A DNA stretch of 64,000 nt from Balanoglossus misakiensis (lineage: Eukaryota > Animalia > Hemichordata). The DNA lies in the NCBI GenBank assembly GCA_040954595.2, contig CM082582.2, forward strand, positions 6,060,303 to 6,124,302, written 5' to 3'. The position numbers and the translations under genes are program-made. Positions 13,201-28,200 of this stretch are shown piece after piece. Position 1 is the first letter of the stretch. Each line of letters opens with the position of its first letter. The notes beneath the pieces are model-generated. The model saw only the letters and a program-made list of their open reading frames with translations. It ran no database searches and was not told the DNA's origin.

Positions 13201-16200
13201 CGTGCAGTTGGCGAAAAATAATTTGTTGTTGGCAAAAATTTCCCGTTTTACAGTATGTAAAACTGAATATGCATATCTCTGATGTCACATCTTTTTTTAA
13301 CCTATAATCTTGCATGCATGAGTGTACATTATGCCAATATCAAACAATGCACCATTTTAGATTGATATCAAATAGTTTTTGTTTATAGCACAGAACATAT
13401 CAACTGTAGTTTGGTATATGACAGCAATAAATTATCTACTTTACTATTTATCTGTCTGGCTGTGTGTCAAAACCTGCATGTTGCCAAGAAATGTATGACT
13501 ATCGCACAATATTGATTCATGAAAAATACCGAAAAATGATATGTTTGACTTTAAATATCCCTGGAACATCACCGTATAAACTGGAAAGTTCCAGACTTGA
13601 AAGACCGTGAGCATGTGAACCCTGTAAATAATATATCACTTGTTCGAACATCAAATGAACCAAAAGCAATATATCATAATTTTTTCGCTATTTTTTATCA
13701 TACTGAGTCAACCTGAAGAGATTAAAATGACATACGATATATTTTTCTGACCTTTATGTGATAAATCATGTTTTGAAAAAAAAAAATTCGCGTTTTTATT
13801 TACTTTTATTTCTTCTTTTTTTCTATTGCAGAGGATGAACCAAAAATGGTAGGTATTATCAAATGGTGATGTTTTCTGAAAGACAGATGTAAAGTATTAT
13901 GTCCTGAAGTTATAAATAATTTATTATCTAAAATGGCATTTTACTAGTGTTTTCTTTCATGTTTGGGTATGAAAATAATGCCCTCAGGGTAGGCTAGGTA
14001 TATAGTGTGTGATGGAAAATGTGCTGTCATGTAGTTTTAGTGTGCTGCTATGTAAGTGTAGTGTGCTGCCATAAAGCCCTGAAGAAGTGCATTGTTATCA
14101 CATTCCAAAGCCATATGTGTTGAATTTTGAGAAAATGTGACCAAATGCATTTTATTATTTGAAATCAAAGAGCCCTGGCCTCTTTAATCTTTCCAGTTTC
14201 TATAACTCTGGTTAAATGTTAAGTTGTTGATAAATATCTTAATTCTCTATATAATTTTTCCCAATCCATGAATACAAGCTTCGATGTCACAAAGATTGGA
14301 AGATTAAGGAACTTTCCTTCGCCAATAATCTTCGCCTTAGGTGCAGTTTGTATGCACTAAACTTTTGATTAACATGGAAATTAGTTTATTCATGAGTGCA
14401 ATAATGGGTTACAACCACAAAGAGCTGTACTTTCGCCTGTGGGTTTCCTGAAAGCAACTCGAGATTAAGACCAGTGAATTTACGTGCAGTGTTATGAGAG
14501 GTCAGAAATTGGCAAAGTGTGCAGTGCATGTTTCCGATTTTGGCTTACTACAGTTTAGAACTGGAGCAATTTCAACTTTACAAGACAGTGACAGACATGA
14601 TCAGAAATGGGTGTACTGTTATGGTTTTTGGCAGTGATAAATTCGGAGCTTGAAAATATTAGCTGTTGTTTCACATACATTCTTGGAATCGCGCAGCATG
14701 ACTGCGCAGTTAGCAGGTGCAATATAATGGCACCGGCTGGCACTGCACATTGAAAAAAAATCCCTGCGCACTTAGGGGAGCACACTTTGCCTATTTCTTA
14801 CTGCTCACTTACCTGCTGTTAAAAATAGTGACAAACCGATGATGTCATACTAATGCAGGTGGAAGAAGTGATATTCACAATGATTCAACAACTCCTTCGA
14901 ATCTGTTCTGAACTGATTAAAATTTCATTGTGTGATACGTAACACACCTGCCTGAAAGTGTAACCCATACAATAGCATGGATTATGTGTCTGCCCTTCAT
15001 GATATACATAAAAGCGGTTTTAAAAATAGCAAGTTTGTATTTCTGTACAGTTTCTGTAGATATAAAAATGGTAGATTATAAAGATATGTAAACAATTTGA
15101 TCACAGTGGCAGCAAAAATATCACTAAAAACCAATATTAGTTCACTGACAACTACAAAGAAGTATTTTCAGTGTTTGAAAGCATAGAATATAGATAGCAA
15201 AACATCGTTTTTAGATTTGGGCAGTTGAAAAATCTTGAGCACTGATATCTAATCTGCTAAAATACATGTAAATCCTTCGGTATCACTCAGACTAATCCAA
15301 AGATAACCAGATGAGTAAGGTAGAATAGAATAAATACTTTGTGCAGATAAAGATGAACCATTTATCTCCAATACAAGCCATGATAAATTTCTGTATTAAA
15401 GGGATGCCCCAGTTGGTTCATACTCATAGAGAATGGGATGATATATGTTTTTTTCTTCGAGTAGTTTTTACATTGAAGTAATACAGCTAGTAATGACATA
15501 AAACAGCTTACAATTAATATAATGCATTAAATATGAATAATCGCTTCTATTTTTCATTCTGTTTCCCCTATCTACATCATACCTGGATCACTTTGGCTGT
15601 TCGACAATTCAATGATAAAAAAATAGTTTGCCTTCGACTATTCATACTGGTAAGTATACCTAGTACATGTATCATGATCTTGGTGAGAACTTGTTGCTTG
15701 AAGTCATGACTTTAATGTCGTGACCTAATAAAAAACAAGATTGTTAATTTTCATACATGATAAACATGCATGATTAGGTAATCATGTTTAAGTGTATTAT
15801 TAATCATGCATTCCTGGGCATTGTAAATGTAGACACCATTATGTTTTCATTCTTGTGAAAATGATCAGCTAAGTGGTGTACACATGACTGGTGGTCCGTT
15901 AGAAATGCGAACTTCAACACACACAATGGTGTCACCGTGTTAACGTTTTCAGTTCATTTGATACTAATTACTATTATACCACTTCATTAAGTCCCTGTCA
16001 GAACATATTGCACAATTTGACCTTAAAAAGGCGACGGTCATTATCAGCTGTATGGTATTGTACGGTGGGTGGAAACAGAGAATTTACTTACTTTGGCCTT
16101 ATTTATGATTTCTTACTGAAAAGGATATGAAGTGGTTCATCTATTTCTGCTTTTTCGTTTCTGACAGGTCTCATGACGGATATGTAGAGCAGCCTAATGG

Positions 16201-19200
16201 AATCCTGGAGGCGAAACCGGGAAGCAAATATGCATCACAACAGAGGGTGTTTGATGATCTGGGAAAGGGTGTTTTAGACAATGCCTTCAAAGGTGTGTTT
16301 CATTTATCATATATGCTTTAAGCTTTGAGCAATGCTTTCCACTGATGCATTGTGTAGAATGTATAACCCACAATATGCAAAGATATTAATAACACAGTTT
16401 TATGAACTTATCGAAAGTGATGTTTCTTGAAAAAAAAAAGGTATTTCATTTATAACCCCATTGAAGTCCCCTGAAAGCTGATGTATTACGCAGTCGTATT
16501 TTCAGTTAGTATGAAAATATCATAAATTGAGTGATTTTACAAGTGCAGCCTTACACGATGACAGCCCCCAAGAGATTATGATGAATGATGAATTCAAATA
16601 GTGCATTAATGTTTGACACGTAAACATCAACAGGTCTACTCCGGAATAAAATGTCACTCGTAACCTACTGCAGAGCTCTATGTAAAATATATATGGCTCT
16701 GAAATCATATTGTGTATATTTATTTCAGGTTTTAATTGTTCCCTGTTTGCCTACGGACAGACTGGTTCTGGCAAATCCTATTCTATGGTGGGGTATGGAG
16801 AAAATAAGTAAGTAAAGTGGTCACAAACATGTCTATGTGAGATATGAGATAAGCTGTACATTATTTGTACGTATGTATTTTTGTGCATGTCTGAGTGTGA
16901 CTGCATATAGTCTTCACTTACTTGTTTCAAATGTTAACGAATGAAATCTTTCTTGCAGGGGTATTGTACCAATTACATGTGATGAACTTTTCAAGACAAT
17001 GGCTGCAGGCAGTGCTGATGTTGTACGTATATCACTCAATATCCTGTTTCATTTAAATTGTTGAGTCCACAAATCATCGAAACCTGTTGAGGGATTCGTT
17101 GTGATTGTGTGGAAGGAAGTGAATTGAGCACTTTAATTTAAACCATGAACATGATGAACAAAATATTGATTATTATTTCGAGAATTTCCAAGGCAGTATC
17201 ATAGATTTTCTATGCTTTGTACATGTAGATCTGTATTGTGGCATTGATTCATGTTAAAGCAAGTTGAATGCTATTCTATATGTGTCAGTTTCTTTGGTGT
17301 GACTAAATGTAGCAGATAATTTTACAGAAGTGAACCCTGCAGTACTTCTTTATTTGTAAAGTTCTATAAACTTCCATTGTCAAATGTCAAATTTTAGTGC
17401 TGAAATTGATACTTGGAATTTAGCAGTACAGCCGGCTAATATTTTTCTATGTTGCTGTTTTCTCCCAGAAATATCAAATCACATTTTCCATGTTGGAAAT
17501 TTACAATGAACAAGTGAGGGACTTACTGCAAAAGACCAACCCCAAGGGAGGCTTACAAGTGAGACAGAATCCCAAACTGGGTCTCTTCTACGTGCAAGAT
17601 CTGAAAAAGGTGGCCGTGGCAAGTTACAAGGAAATAGAGAAGAGAATTGCTGAAGGTAGGATATTGAATCAGTCCCGTTTGTCCCAGGTGATGCATTGGG
17701 TTTCACCCCCATTACCTAGATATTTGACAACAAGTCGACTATGTATTAAGTTTCCCTCTAGCATGGTGGTGAAGGAGGCAAACTTTAGTTATCATGAAGC
17801 TTGCTTTTAAACCTTTCACCCCTGTCTCCCTCTTAAGAGGTCCAACTTTACCATTGGAAACAATGTCTTTGGACTAAACCATTGTGGTGAACTGAAAGGG
17901 TAAAAGCAGAAACATGGAGGATTAAAGCTTGGTGCTCATTACATGTTTGGAGCTCTAGTGGGAACTGCACATGTACAACTCATGTAGACATGTAATTTCT
18001 GAATTAATGGGAAACAAACACTGAAACAGCTTTGTGTATTTAACTATGAATGTATTTGAAAGAGATTCTTTTGTTTTTCCCCCAAACAAATGTGGACATT
18101 TTTTCTGAAAAGTGTGGGCTGCATGGGCTTGTGTGTGTGACATTTAATATATACAAAATCTGGTCGATCCCATTGACCATTTAAACATTAAAGTGTTAAA
18201 ATACAATAAATATTTGATGACTATTAGATTACACCATTGATCAAGCACAGCAAGGCGAGATACCAAGAAATATTGATGAATTTTCCTACATGCTCATTTT
18301 AGGCACAGCAAACCGTACGGTAGCATCCACCAACATGAATGCAACGAGCAGTCGAGCGCACACAGTGGTTACTATAGTATTTGAACAGATCAGCAAGAAT
18401 GAAGCTGGCCAAGAAACCAAGAAAAGTAGTACCATCAACTTAGTAGATTTAGCAGGTATGTTTTTTCCTTACAGTAATCGAAGCAGTCATACACCTCCCG
18501 GACAGATTTTCAGAAAAAATGATAGTCCTCCAAATCTTGCAATTCTTTGCTATATTTAAGTGTGTGAAGATTTCTCCTGAAAACAGAGAAGCAAACAAGG
18601 TGTTCGCCAACTGGTTTTCACAAAAAATCACTACACTGAGATTGGCGGCCATTTTGAATTTCAAATTTGAAACACTTGCTCCCTCATTCAAAATTTTGCA
18701 GTGACCTGTCAACTTCTCATGTGCTCTGTTGGTCCATCTTCCGCAGAACTAATTTTGAGCAATGATTCAGAAACATGGAATTATGTTGACCATAATTACT
18801 ACACAGTTAGTTTGACCATGTAAGTAATCTAGAAATGTATTGTGGTATTGATTGACTTTTACAGGTAGTGAACGTGCTGACAGTACCGGTGCAACAGGTG
18901 ACAGATTGAAAGAAGGAGCAAATATCAACAAATCTCTCTCAGCATTGGGAAATGTCATATCGGTAAGTACCGGTTTATGTACTTTATTGTCATCAGGCAC
19001 CATTTTGTGAACTGTTGCCTGTACAGGCAATAGACTTGTAGCTGGATGCTTTTATATATATGCAGGTTAAAATTGGCATTTGTATATTATGTACTAAGTG
19101 AAAACAAGTGTCTGCATAGATAACATGCTCCAGTTCTCTCCAAACACCCCATTCATACTGCAAAACAGAACTTCTGTGGGTTTAGCCTCCCAAGGGACAA

Positions 19201-22200
19201 CAAAGAAAACACCAAGGTCTTCGTAGTGTAAACATTTTGCAAACATCTTTGTTGCTATAGCAACATCACACTATTACAAAGAAATAAAAGAAAAATTGTA
19301 TCCAGTGGGTCATTTTATTGTTTGCTAATTAATTGGTATATGAAAAAGCTATGGATAGCTCGTAGCTTGTACGTATGTAAATGTGCATGCAAGCTGTGTT
19401 AAAAAAAACAGGCTGACAGGCTTTTAGTGGTAGTAGAAAGCTTGTCTCTTGAGACTGTCATGAGTTGATGCGTCAGATAATCAGCTTTGGAATTCACTAT
19501 ATTTTTTGCCTTAAGACAATAATTAGGCAGATTTAGAGGTATCATAATTCAAATCCAAACTCTTTTTTTTTTTTTTGCTGTAGGCTCTGGCTGATTTGTC
19601 AATGGGAAAGAAGAAAATAATGGTACCTTACAGAGACTCAGTTTTGACAAAACTTCTTCAGAATGCTTTGGGAGGCAACAGGTGAGAAGACAATGTGATA
19701 GGATTGTTTGGGAAGAAGGGACAAGTGCTCTAGTTTGGTTCATCCATGTTTCCTATATGTTCATGATGCATGCCTTTTATGAAAATAATCAAGAAGGCTA
19801 ACATTTGTCAGAGGTGGATTTACTGTGTGAAAAGTTCTTTATATGACTAAAATATGCCTGGTCGTATTTTTCCAAATACATGCTACATGTATTTTTTCAA
19901 GTTCATATGGACTTGGAAAAATAGCCATTTTTGTCAGAGGTTCTGTTTACTATGTGAATAGTTCTGTATAGGATTAAAATATGCCATGTCATAATTTTCC
20001 AACACTGGAATTTTCCAAATAATGTAATTGGCCTGTATGAACTTGGAAAAATAGCCATTTTTTGTGCATTTACTTTATTTTGAATGGGCCATAATGCAAG
20101 ATATATCAAATAAATGAATTCAGGAATTAGGTGCATTCATGATGAATCTTTGAATTTCAGCAAAACTGTGATGATCGCCGCGTTATCGCCGGCCGACATC
20201 AACTACGACGAGACCCTGAGTACCCTGCGGTACGCCGACCGTGCCAAGAAGATCAAAAACAAAGCCGTGGTCAACGAGAACCCTCTGGACAAAATGATCC
20301 GTGAACTCCGGGAGGAGAATGAGAAACTGAAGAAAGCGCTGTCCGGCGGCGGAGTTGTCACCATGGAAGGGAGCAGTGGGATGACCCCTGAAGGTACAGT
20401 ACCCAGCAAATTCCTGAGAGTGCAGTGACTAATTTGCATTACAATTCAAGCAATTGTTATGATGTAGTCTTACTGTTAAAGTTAATCTGTGTTTTTGCTA
20501 TAGCGTTTGGGAAGATTGGTAAATGACTTGGGAACTGTGGTAAAATTTCTGCTACCTGTTAATATGACTGCACAGATATACCAAGGGATCGAACCCCAGT
20601 AACATTTACCTGGGTTCCTCGATCCCTTAACAAAAATTCTGTTAACGGTGTACCAGGGTAGTTTGTGCTGACTTCTGTAATATATATAAGCTTTCAGTAT
20701 ATAATTTCATTTTTGAGATAACTCTAATATTAGTGTTTTATTTTGTTTAATTGATTCAGAGCGCGAAAAAATGAGGCGGGAAATGGAGGAGGAGATTCGA
20801 GCACAGCTGATGGCCAATCAGGAAGCCTTAGGTGACATGGGAACTGGATGGGAGGAAAAGGTAATGTACGCAGATGAAAATGGGTTGTGGATGTTGTGAT
20901 ATATGGGCAAAGACAATGGGAAAAAATTAGTGTCTTGTAGGGTGAATGAGAAAAAAAACAAACATGGAAAACATGCAGTTATTTGCTGGTGCTTTGCATT
21001 CGAGATGGTGCAAGTGTTCCCCTTAGTTTATATTTACCATTCATCTTCTGTCTACAGAGACACAGACAGACAAGATACACACATACATTCACATGCACGC
21101 ACATACACACAGACACGAACATGAGTGTACACACATGCATGCACATAGCAGCACATAGCACACACGCACATACAGACATAGGCAGACTCACACTCACACA
21201 GACACACACACCTGTCTTGCTCCAAGACACGTACACAGTCATACGGACTGTACAGCACATAGCATGTAGAGGGATTATCGACAGACATAGTGCCTGTGCT
21301 GGAGTCTGACACACACCACGCACAAATACAATTTCAGCTATATATAACTAGCGATGTCTTGTATTCTGTTTCACATTGACGGTTTCTGGGTTTTTCTCAC
21401 AGGTGAAGAGAGACCAGGCTGAATACGAAACGGAGAACAAAGACAAAGCCATGGCGGAATCCAGGAAGAACAAAGAACCGCACTTCATGAACTTGAACGA
21501 GGATCCCCTGTTGAGTGGCATGGTCGTACACTTTATGGCGGGCAGCAAGACAACGATTGGTCGCAAAGATGCAGATCCTGCCCCAACCATAACCCTGAGT
21601 GGTTTGAGGTGTGTATAGTTTACGGTCATTATAATAAACGGGTGTGGCACCCATTTATTATTTTACTTGTTCACCTTTAAACACACAGCCACAATTGGAG
21701 ATTGATAATATGTTCGTGTGTACCCATCAGTAAGCTTATTTAGATGGACCAATCGAAGTTTGAAAGTAAAACCATGACAGAATGCGGACATTGGCTGTTA
21801 TTGGAGCTTTAACAGGAAAATTTGGCTAATTATATGTCCCCTGTTATAATGTAATATCTTGCTGTATGACTTCCATTGACAGTATACAGAAGAACCATGC
21901 TGTGATTACCAATGAAGGTGGTGAGCTGACTTTACAGCCAGGTGGACCAGGTGCGAAAATCAAAATTAACGGAGTACCTCTTACGGGACCAAGAGCCTTA
22001 GAGCACTTGGACAGAGTTCTCTTTGGTAAGTATAGACATCAGATTAGAAAGGGACTGACTGTAACTTTGGATGAGTTGGCTATGACAGGCCAGAACTTAG
22101 TATGGGCATGGAGGTACTAGAGAGAAGGAGCGAGGACGGATTTAAGCGGATTAAATCCCTTTCTTCTGAAGTGTGATAAGCTTCTTAAGTCTTTGTGTTT

Positions 22201-25200
22201 CTGTGTCGATAGCGTCATTTGAACCCACTGTGTGTTGCCGCCGATTTTACAGTTAGGTTTGCAAGATCTACGGGGTAAAATTTCTATGATATTAAAAACA
22301 CTATGCGCACATCGCGGACGAGCGTACTACATATGCGTGGTGACTTTTATTTACATCTAGAGGTCAAGTTTACGCATCACCACTACCGGAAACGTGTCAG
22401 GCGGACGTCTTGGAAGACTTGTAGCGTTATTTCTCTTGTTTGTACAACCAAAAAGTATGATTTTGAAATGAATATTTTGAGTTTGTAGCAATTTTCAGCA
22501 AAAAACAACAAGTTCATAGGTTTTATTTGAAAACCAATCTTCCCGATGCAAGCTGTTTTGTTAGTGTGGGATGGTGTGGGATGCCCGATATTCACCATTG
22601 TAATTGCCAGTGCAGAGACGTTCGGCACAGCAGTTTGGTCCGGTTGTTTATGCTTTGTAAATCATGTAGACGCGATGCCAGCTGTAATTTGTTTATCTAC
22701 GCAAGCGCACAGCTCTTATGAACGCCTATCAGGTGATAAAAGGTTGAGAGCCTAATGTTATCTGCGAACAGATTAAGACGCACATGGGGTTCATAGGAAA
22801 CAATAGCGTCCTCGCTCCTTCTCTCTAGTACCTCCATGGTATAGGTGGAAAATTACAAAATTAAAATGGATGTAAAAACCCAGCAATAATACTGTTCAGT
22901 ATGATGAAAACATTAAAAATTATATATTTCTTTCCGATAAAAGTGTTAAACATGGAGTTTGGAGCAAAGCCATGCCAATCTAGGCCTGCACAAACGTAGG
23001 TTCAAGTCCCACATAATCAATCAAACAGTAGTAAAAAAACATTGTTTGCTGGATTATAACCAAAGGTGTGAACATCATGGTCAACACACTGAACGAATTT
23101 GTATAGAGTGATGTGGGTTGTTTATTGGAAGGCAAATATCAGTCACACTTTGCCATTGTTATGTTAATCGCTGTCTAACAACAGAGTTTGTGTAGAGGGT
23201 TTTCCTCATGACACTTTGAATCTTTGTGAAATAATCTACTAGGAGTCTAAAGGTTTGCATGATTTCTGATCCCAGGTCTTCCTTGAAAATCTACTCACAT
23301 TAATCTGTATTTAAAGTTCGATTGGGCAATGTGGGAATTATGACAAGTTGAAGATTTTTTATTTCCCATTTCTTGTTCAACTCACCCAGGATCTAGTCAC
23401 ATGTACGTCTTCAAGAACCCACTGAAACCCAAGAAAGGCGAGGGAACCCCGGACAATGTTGATTGGGAGTTTGCGCAGAAGGAAATCGCCCAGGCCAAGG
23501 GTTTTGCAACGGGAGCGATGGCTGGACTTACCAAAGGTATACACGAACACAACTTTGTGATTCCATTCTGCTACATGTAATTATCAACGTGATTACTCTG
23601 TTGGAAATGATTATTGGATCAAACCTCTAAGATTGTTAAAATGTTTATACAGTATGTTGTTTGCCATTTGGAATGGGTAGCATGTTGTTTTTACTTATAG
23701 AATATGCCACATAATGCTTATAAGTAAATGCATATTATGTATTAAATCCAGAAACAAGAAAATTGTGTTGCACTCTCTGCATTGGTTGGATGACATGATA
23801 GAACTTTATATTATTTGAAATCACCACCAAATTTTGTGTTTTATACATGTCTGTGTGTGTGTGTGCATACATGTGCATGTGTGCATAACTGTTTCTCAAA
23901 AATACCAAGCTTGTACACCAAAGTTATATGCAAATATCATACTAAACAACTCATATTATTATTTCAGACCAGCAAAGAGCCCAGGAACAGGTTTTAGAAA
24001 TCCTTCCAATGGTGACTGAAGCCAATGCCATCAGTGAAGAATTGAACAAACACAAGAGTTTCGAAGTGGTTCTGATCAGTGGCGCTGCTCAGGAAGGAAC
24101 TGGCAAAGAAACAAAGTGAGCAAGTGATATTATCTGTAAACATACCAGTATTCTCATATAATTTAAAATAATTGTCAAACACCAAACTTTATGCTTATGG
24201 CATATAGTATTTATTCAAAAACTGAACATGTTTCCCTCTCTGACAGAGTTATGGTGAAAATGAAGAATCTGATGAACGGTAACACGTGGCTTTGGGAAAG
24301 AGGCAAATTCATGAACAGAAGATATTTAATGCAGGTAAGATAACTTGGTTACTTTCTTGGCTAAGGCGTTTTGTCCTGTGACCGGCTATTATCGACATCA
24401 CTGTAACTTTGCTACTCTTCGTCTGTCTGTAACTTTTTTTTCACAAGTGCCATTTTTCTCCCACAATGTCATAGGACATGTACCAGAGATGGCTAGATGG
24501 TGACGAAGACGTATTGAAGATTCCCAAGGAGGAAGATCCGTTCTGGGAACCGACAGAAGATGTGCTCATCGGCAGCTGCAACGCGTTTCTGCAGAGTTTA
24601 GGATATGCCCTGGACTTCGATGATGTTCTGGCTGTCACTGATTATAAGGTGGGTACATATCACTGGTTTCTTGAAATTACATTTAAGAGCACAAAAACCA
24701 CACAATATTCAATACATACAGAATTGTAAAACTCTAGCAAAAAAGTACTTAATGCGGTGAAAAAAAACGGAGGTGCTGATAATTATTTGATGGGTACATT
24801 TTAATCCTGATTTCATTGGTAAGTGTACATCACGATTTAATCACACGCAATTTTTTTCTTTGACTTCAGGGAACTGAAGAAGGCCAGATGTCTATTGTCC
24901 TGACCCCGTGCACTCAAGCAGGAAAACCAATTGATGAAGAGATGTTCGTTGACGATCCTCAAGAACTCTTGGGAAAACCTTTCTACTTTAAGGCAAGTTT
25001 ACTCAGTTTCAGATGTACGATAGAAAACTTCTTTGGTAAAAAACTAATGCCATAGACTGCAATGACACAAGATAAAATAAGTTGATATGATAAAATAATA
25101 TTTCCATAATTTCTGTGATAATAATTATTATACATTTTTGTATATCTAGTTATATATCTAATTTACATAAAATTTGCATAACATTTAAATATTATTTGCA

Positions 25201-28200
25201 TGTGGCCAATAATGACAATACATATACAGGGTATGATTACAAGAATCATCTGTTTTGTTTCGAACAAGAAATTGCATTGGTACACAGAAAAAAACTACTG
25301 AAAATAAAATCAAAATTTATAGTGTACGTCCCTTTAACATACCAGCTGCACAGATCATATTTCTCTTCACTGACATCTTTTATTTCTGCTTATTACAGGT
25401 CACCGTTCGAAACTGTGACGTGAACAAGGCTCGTTTTTCCAAGGGTTTGTTTGTCAAGTACAGAGTGTACAAAGAGGATAAGTACACTCAGACACCAACC
25501 CTGAAAGGAAGTTTGTCGCCAGAATGGAATCACTCACGCGTCGTGGCCTTTCCGAGTATGACTCAAGAGACCCTCGACTTCTTCGACACGGGCTGCATAA
25601 CGTTCCTCCTCTACGGTGTACAAGAAGATATTCTTGCCGATTCCAAACTTTCTAAAATGACGACCAAAGTAAGATTTTCGTGCGTTAACCCTTTTCACCC
25701 CCAGTTCCCTCTGCAGAGGTCCAACTTTACTGTAGGAAACTGGGTTTGGACTGAACCATGGTGGTGAAATGGTTAAAATAATAAAATGATGAACTATAAG
25801 TGGTCTGTGGACACTTTATCTAAAACCGTTGACATGGGCAGTATGTATAAGGTTAAATGATTACCAGCCACAGAGAATGTGTGAAAATGAACTATGCAAT
25901 GAAAAACCTCATTCCTCAACTGCCCAACTGCATCGGTCCCTTGTGTAAATCTTTTGGCTGTATACATCCATGAAGTGCCCAGCCTTCATGCCTTTATTTC
26001 CCCTGCCTATCTGCTACACACTCTGTCCATTTTCCACATCACACGTGAAATTCTCATTTGTAAAGCATCAACCAAATCAAACCCATTATTTCATTTGTGT
26101 GTGTGCCTGCTAGGAATTGCGGGAGATGGAGTCGATACAGCAGAGGCCTGCCCTGTCTCACCGAAGGTCCACCATCGTGCCGGACTCCGGCGACGGACAA
26201 CTGAAAGCAGAGTATGTGCTGCTGCAGAGGAAATTTGAGAGGCTGGAGAAAAAGGAAAGAAGACTACAGGTGATCACGATTTCAAGTTGCATTCTGTTGT
26301 TTTGGGGTAAAAGTAAAACACATCATACCAACCACACAAAGTGTTTTATTATATAAAGTTTGATTGCTTTTGTTTGGGACCCTATGGTTGAACATATGGA
26401 GGTAGAGAAAAACCTGTCTAAACCCAACCCTGTCTAAAATGGAAACCTGTATATACCGAACATCTTCGCCTGTCACTTTGGCATAGAACCATGTTTTAAA
26501 GGCTTAAAAGGACATGAATTATGGGAGTGATCTCCTGGCAATATGCTTCTTGGAAACCCCAAACAGTTTCAACGTTTAGTTGGGACACACTGTGTGACCC
26601 CCCGTTCATTCCTCGTTGAATTCCAGGAGATATGCAGGGAATGGGAAGCCAAACCACCAGAACAGCAGCAGTACGAGCCGTTTTTCCGTGCAGTGTCTGC
26701 CGTGGCCTATAGTACTGGAACCAAGCTGAAGACGAGGGTGCATCTATTGAACCAGGTATGGCACTCCGTTATTGCTTTTTGGAGCTGACAATGAGCTGGT
26801 CTGATTTTGACCAAGTTATCCATCAAACATCTGGTGGTTTTGCATTCGTCTTCAGACCTCACTGCCAGTTTAACAAGTTTCTTTCAGGATCACGGCTGAA
26901 AAGTCACTGTCTTTTGTAACTGGTTCTGTGTATTACAGTCCAGTTATGGATGTGTTGACTTAGAATAAGACAATTATAAACATTCCAAAACAAATTGGTA
27001 CTTTTGTGTATTATACTTTGAGCACACTTATGAAGTCAGGGGATGTGTACATGTATAAATGACATTAGTACATTGTAGATGATATGAAGTGTGTGTGTGC
27101 GTGTGTATGTGTGTGTGTGTGTCAACACATCCAGAAGCTTATCCAAGGGGTAGACGAAGACTAGAAAATGTGTTATCAAATGATTGCACACTTTGCAAGC
27201 ATTGCTTATGCAGATATGTGGGCAAGGCTCTTTGAGTAATTTGAGTATAATATGCCAACACCTGTTGTTTTTTCAAAATGTCACTATCACTTGGCTTTCC
27301 TTGGTTTTGTTATATGAGCAGGACAGATTCCCCCATGCACATGTATGCCATAAGTCCAAATTGAAACGCATCATCTATACATGTGTTCTGAGACCTCACA
27401 GCACTTGAAACTATGCACACATTACAGCCACTGTGAGATCACACACCAGCTGTATCACACGGTCAACACAATTTGGTACCTTCCATCCAATCACATAGCC
27501 GGTACTATGTATCATATGGATGCTGTATTTTTTATGAACCAAAATTAATTCACTCATTCGTTCAATTGAGATACCAAATTTTTCCATACATGTACACATG
27601 TATAGCAAGCTGTTTGTGAAGGCCACTGTTCAGCAGTCTTCCCTTTAACAAAATCATTTTCAATCTTTTTATCACCATCATCCAAAAATATTCAATAACG
27701 TCCGTGTCTCTAATTGCTGCCTTTGTTTCTTTTTTCCCGTTGTCCACTTATTAATGAATCATGAGGAATATTTCGTGTTTACACACAGTTCATCTATTAC
27801 AATCTATTGTCTATACTCACACAATACAACTTTATCTGTAGAACTCAAATGTGTCGACTGTTTACTCAAAGTAACCCTCACAGCTTCTCAGATGTTCTCC
27901 ACACACAAAATCTAAAAGAAAACACCCTTGAAAAAATTAATTATCATTTTTATCCTAAATGTCTGATATTGAATAAGGTTTGATAAATGAATAAGCTGTT
28001 AATGCAATTGAAGTAGGTTTATTGATTTGCTGATTATAAATTCAGGGACTTATAATAGGAATATTATAACATACCAATGAAAGTTTGGCTTTATTGTCCC
28101 CTTGCGGAACGCTCGTGTAGAAACTGTGAGGGTATTTCTTTTCTTTCTATTTTCTTGTGTCTTCAATAACCTGTTGATGCATCCATTCTTTCTTCAGATT

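Noticed and set aside
22950-23015. GGTTCAAGTCCC B-box-like motif (also GGTTCGAGTCTC near 3916)
   Set aside because: No cloverleaf could be folded; at most a decayed tRNA-derived SINE head.
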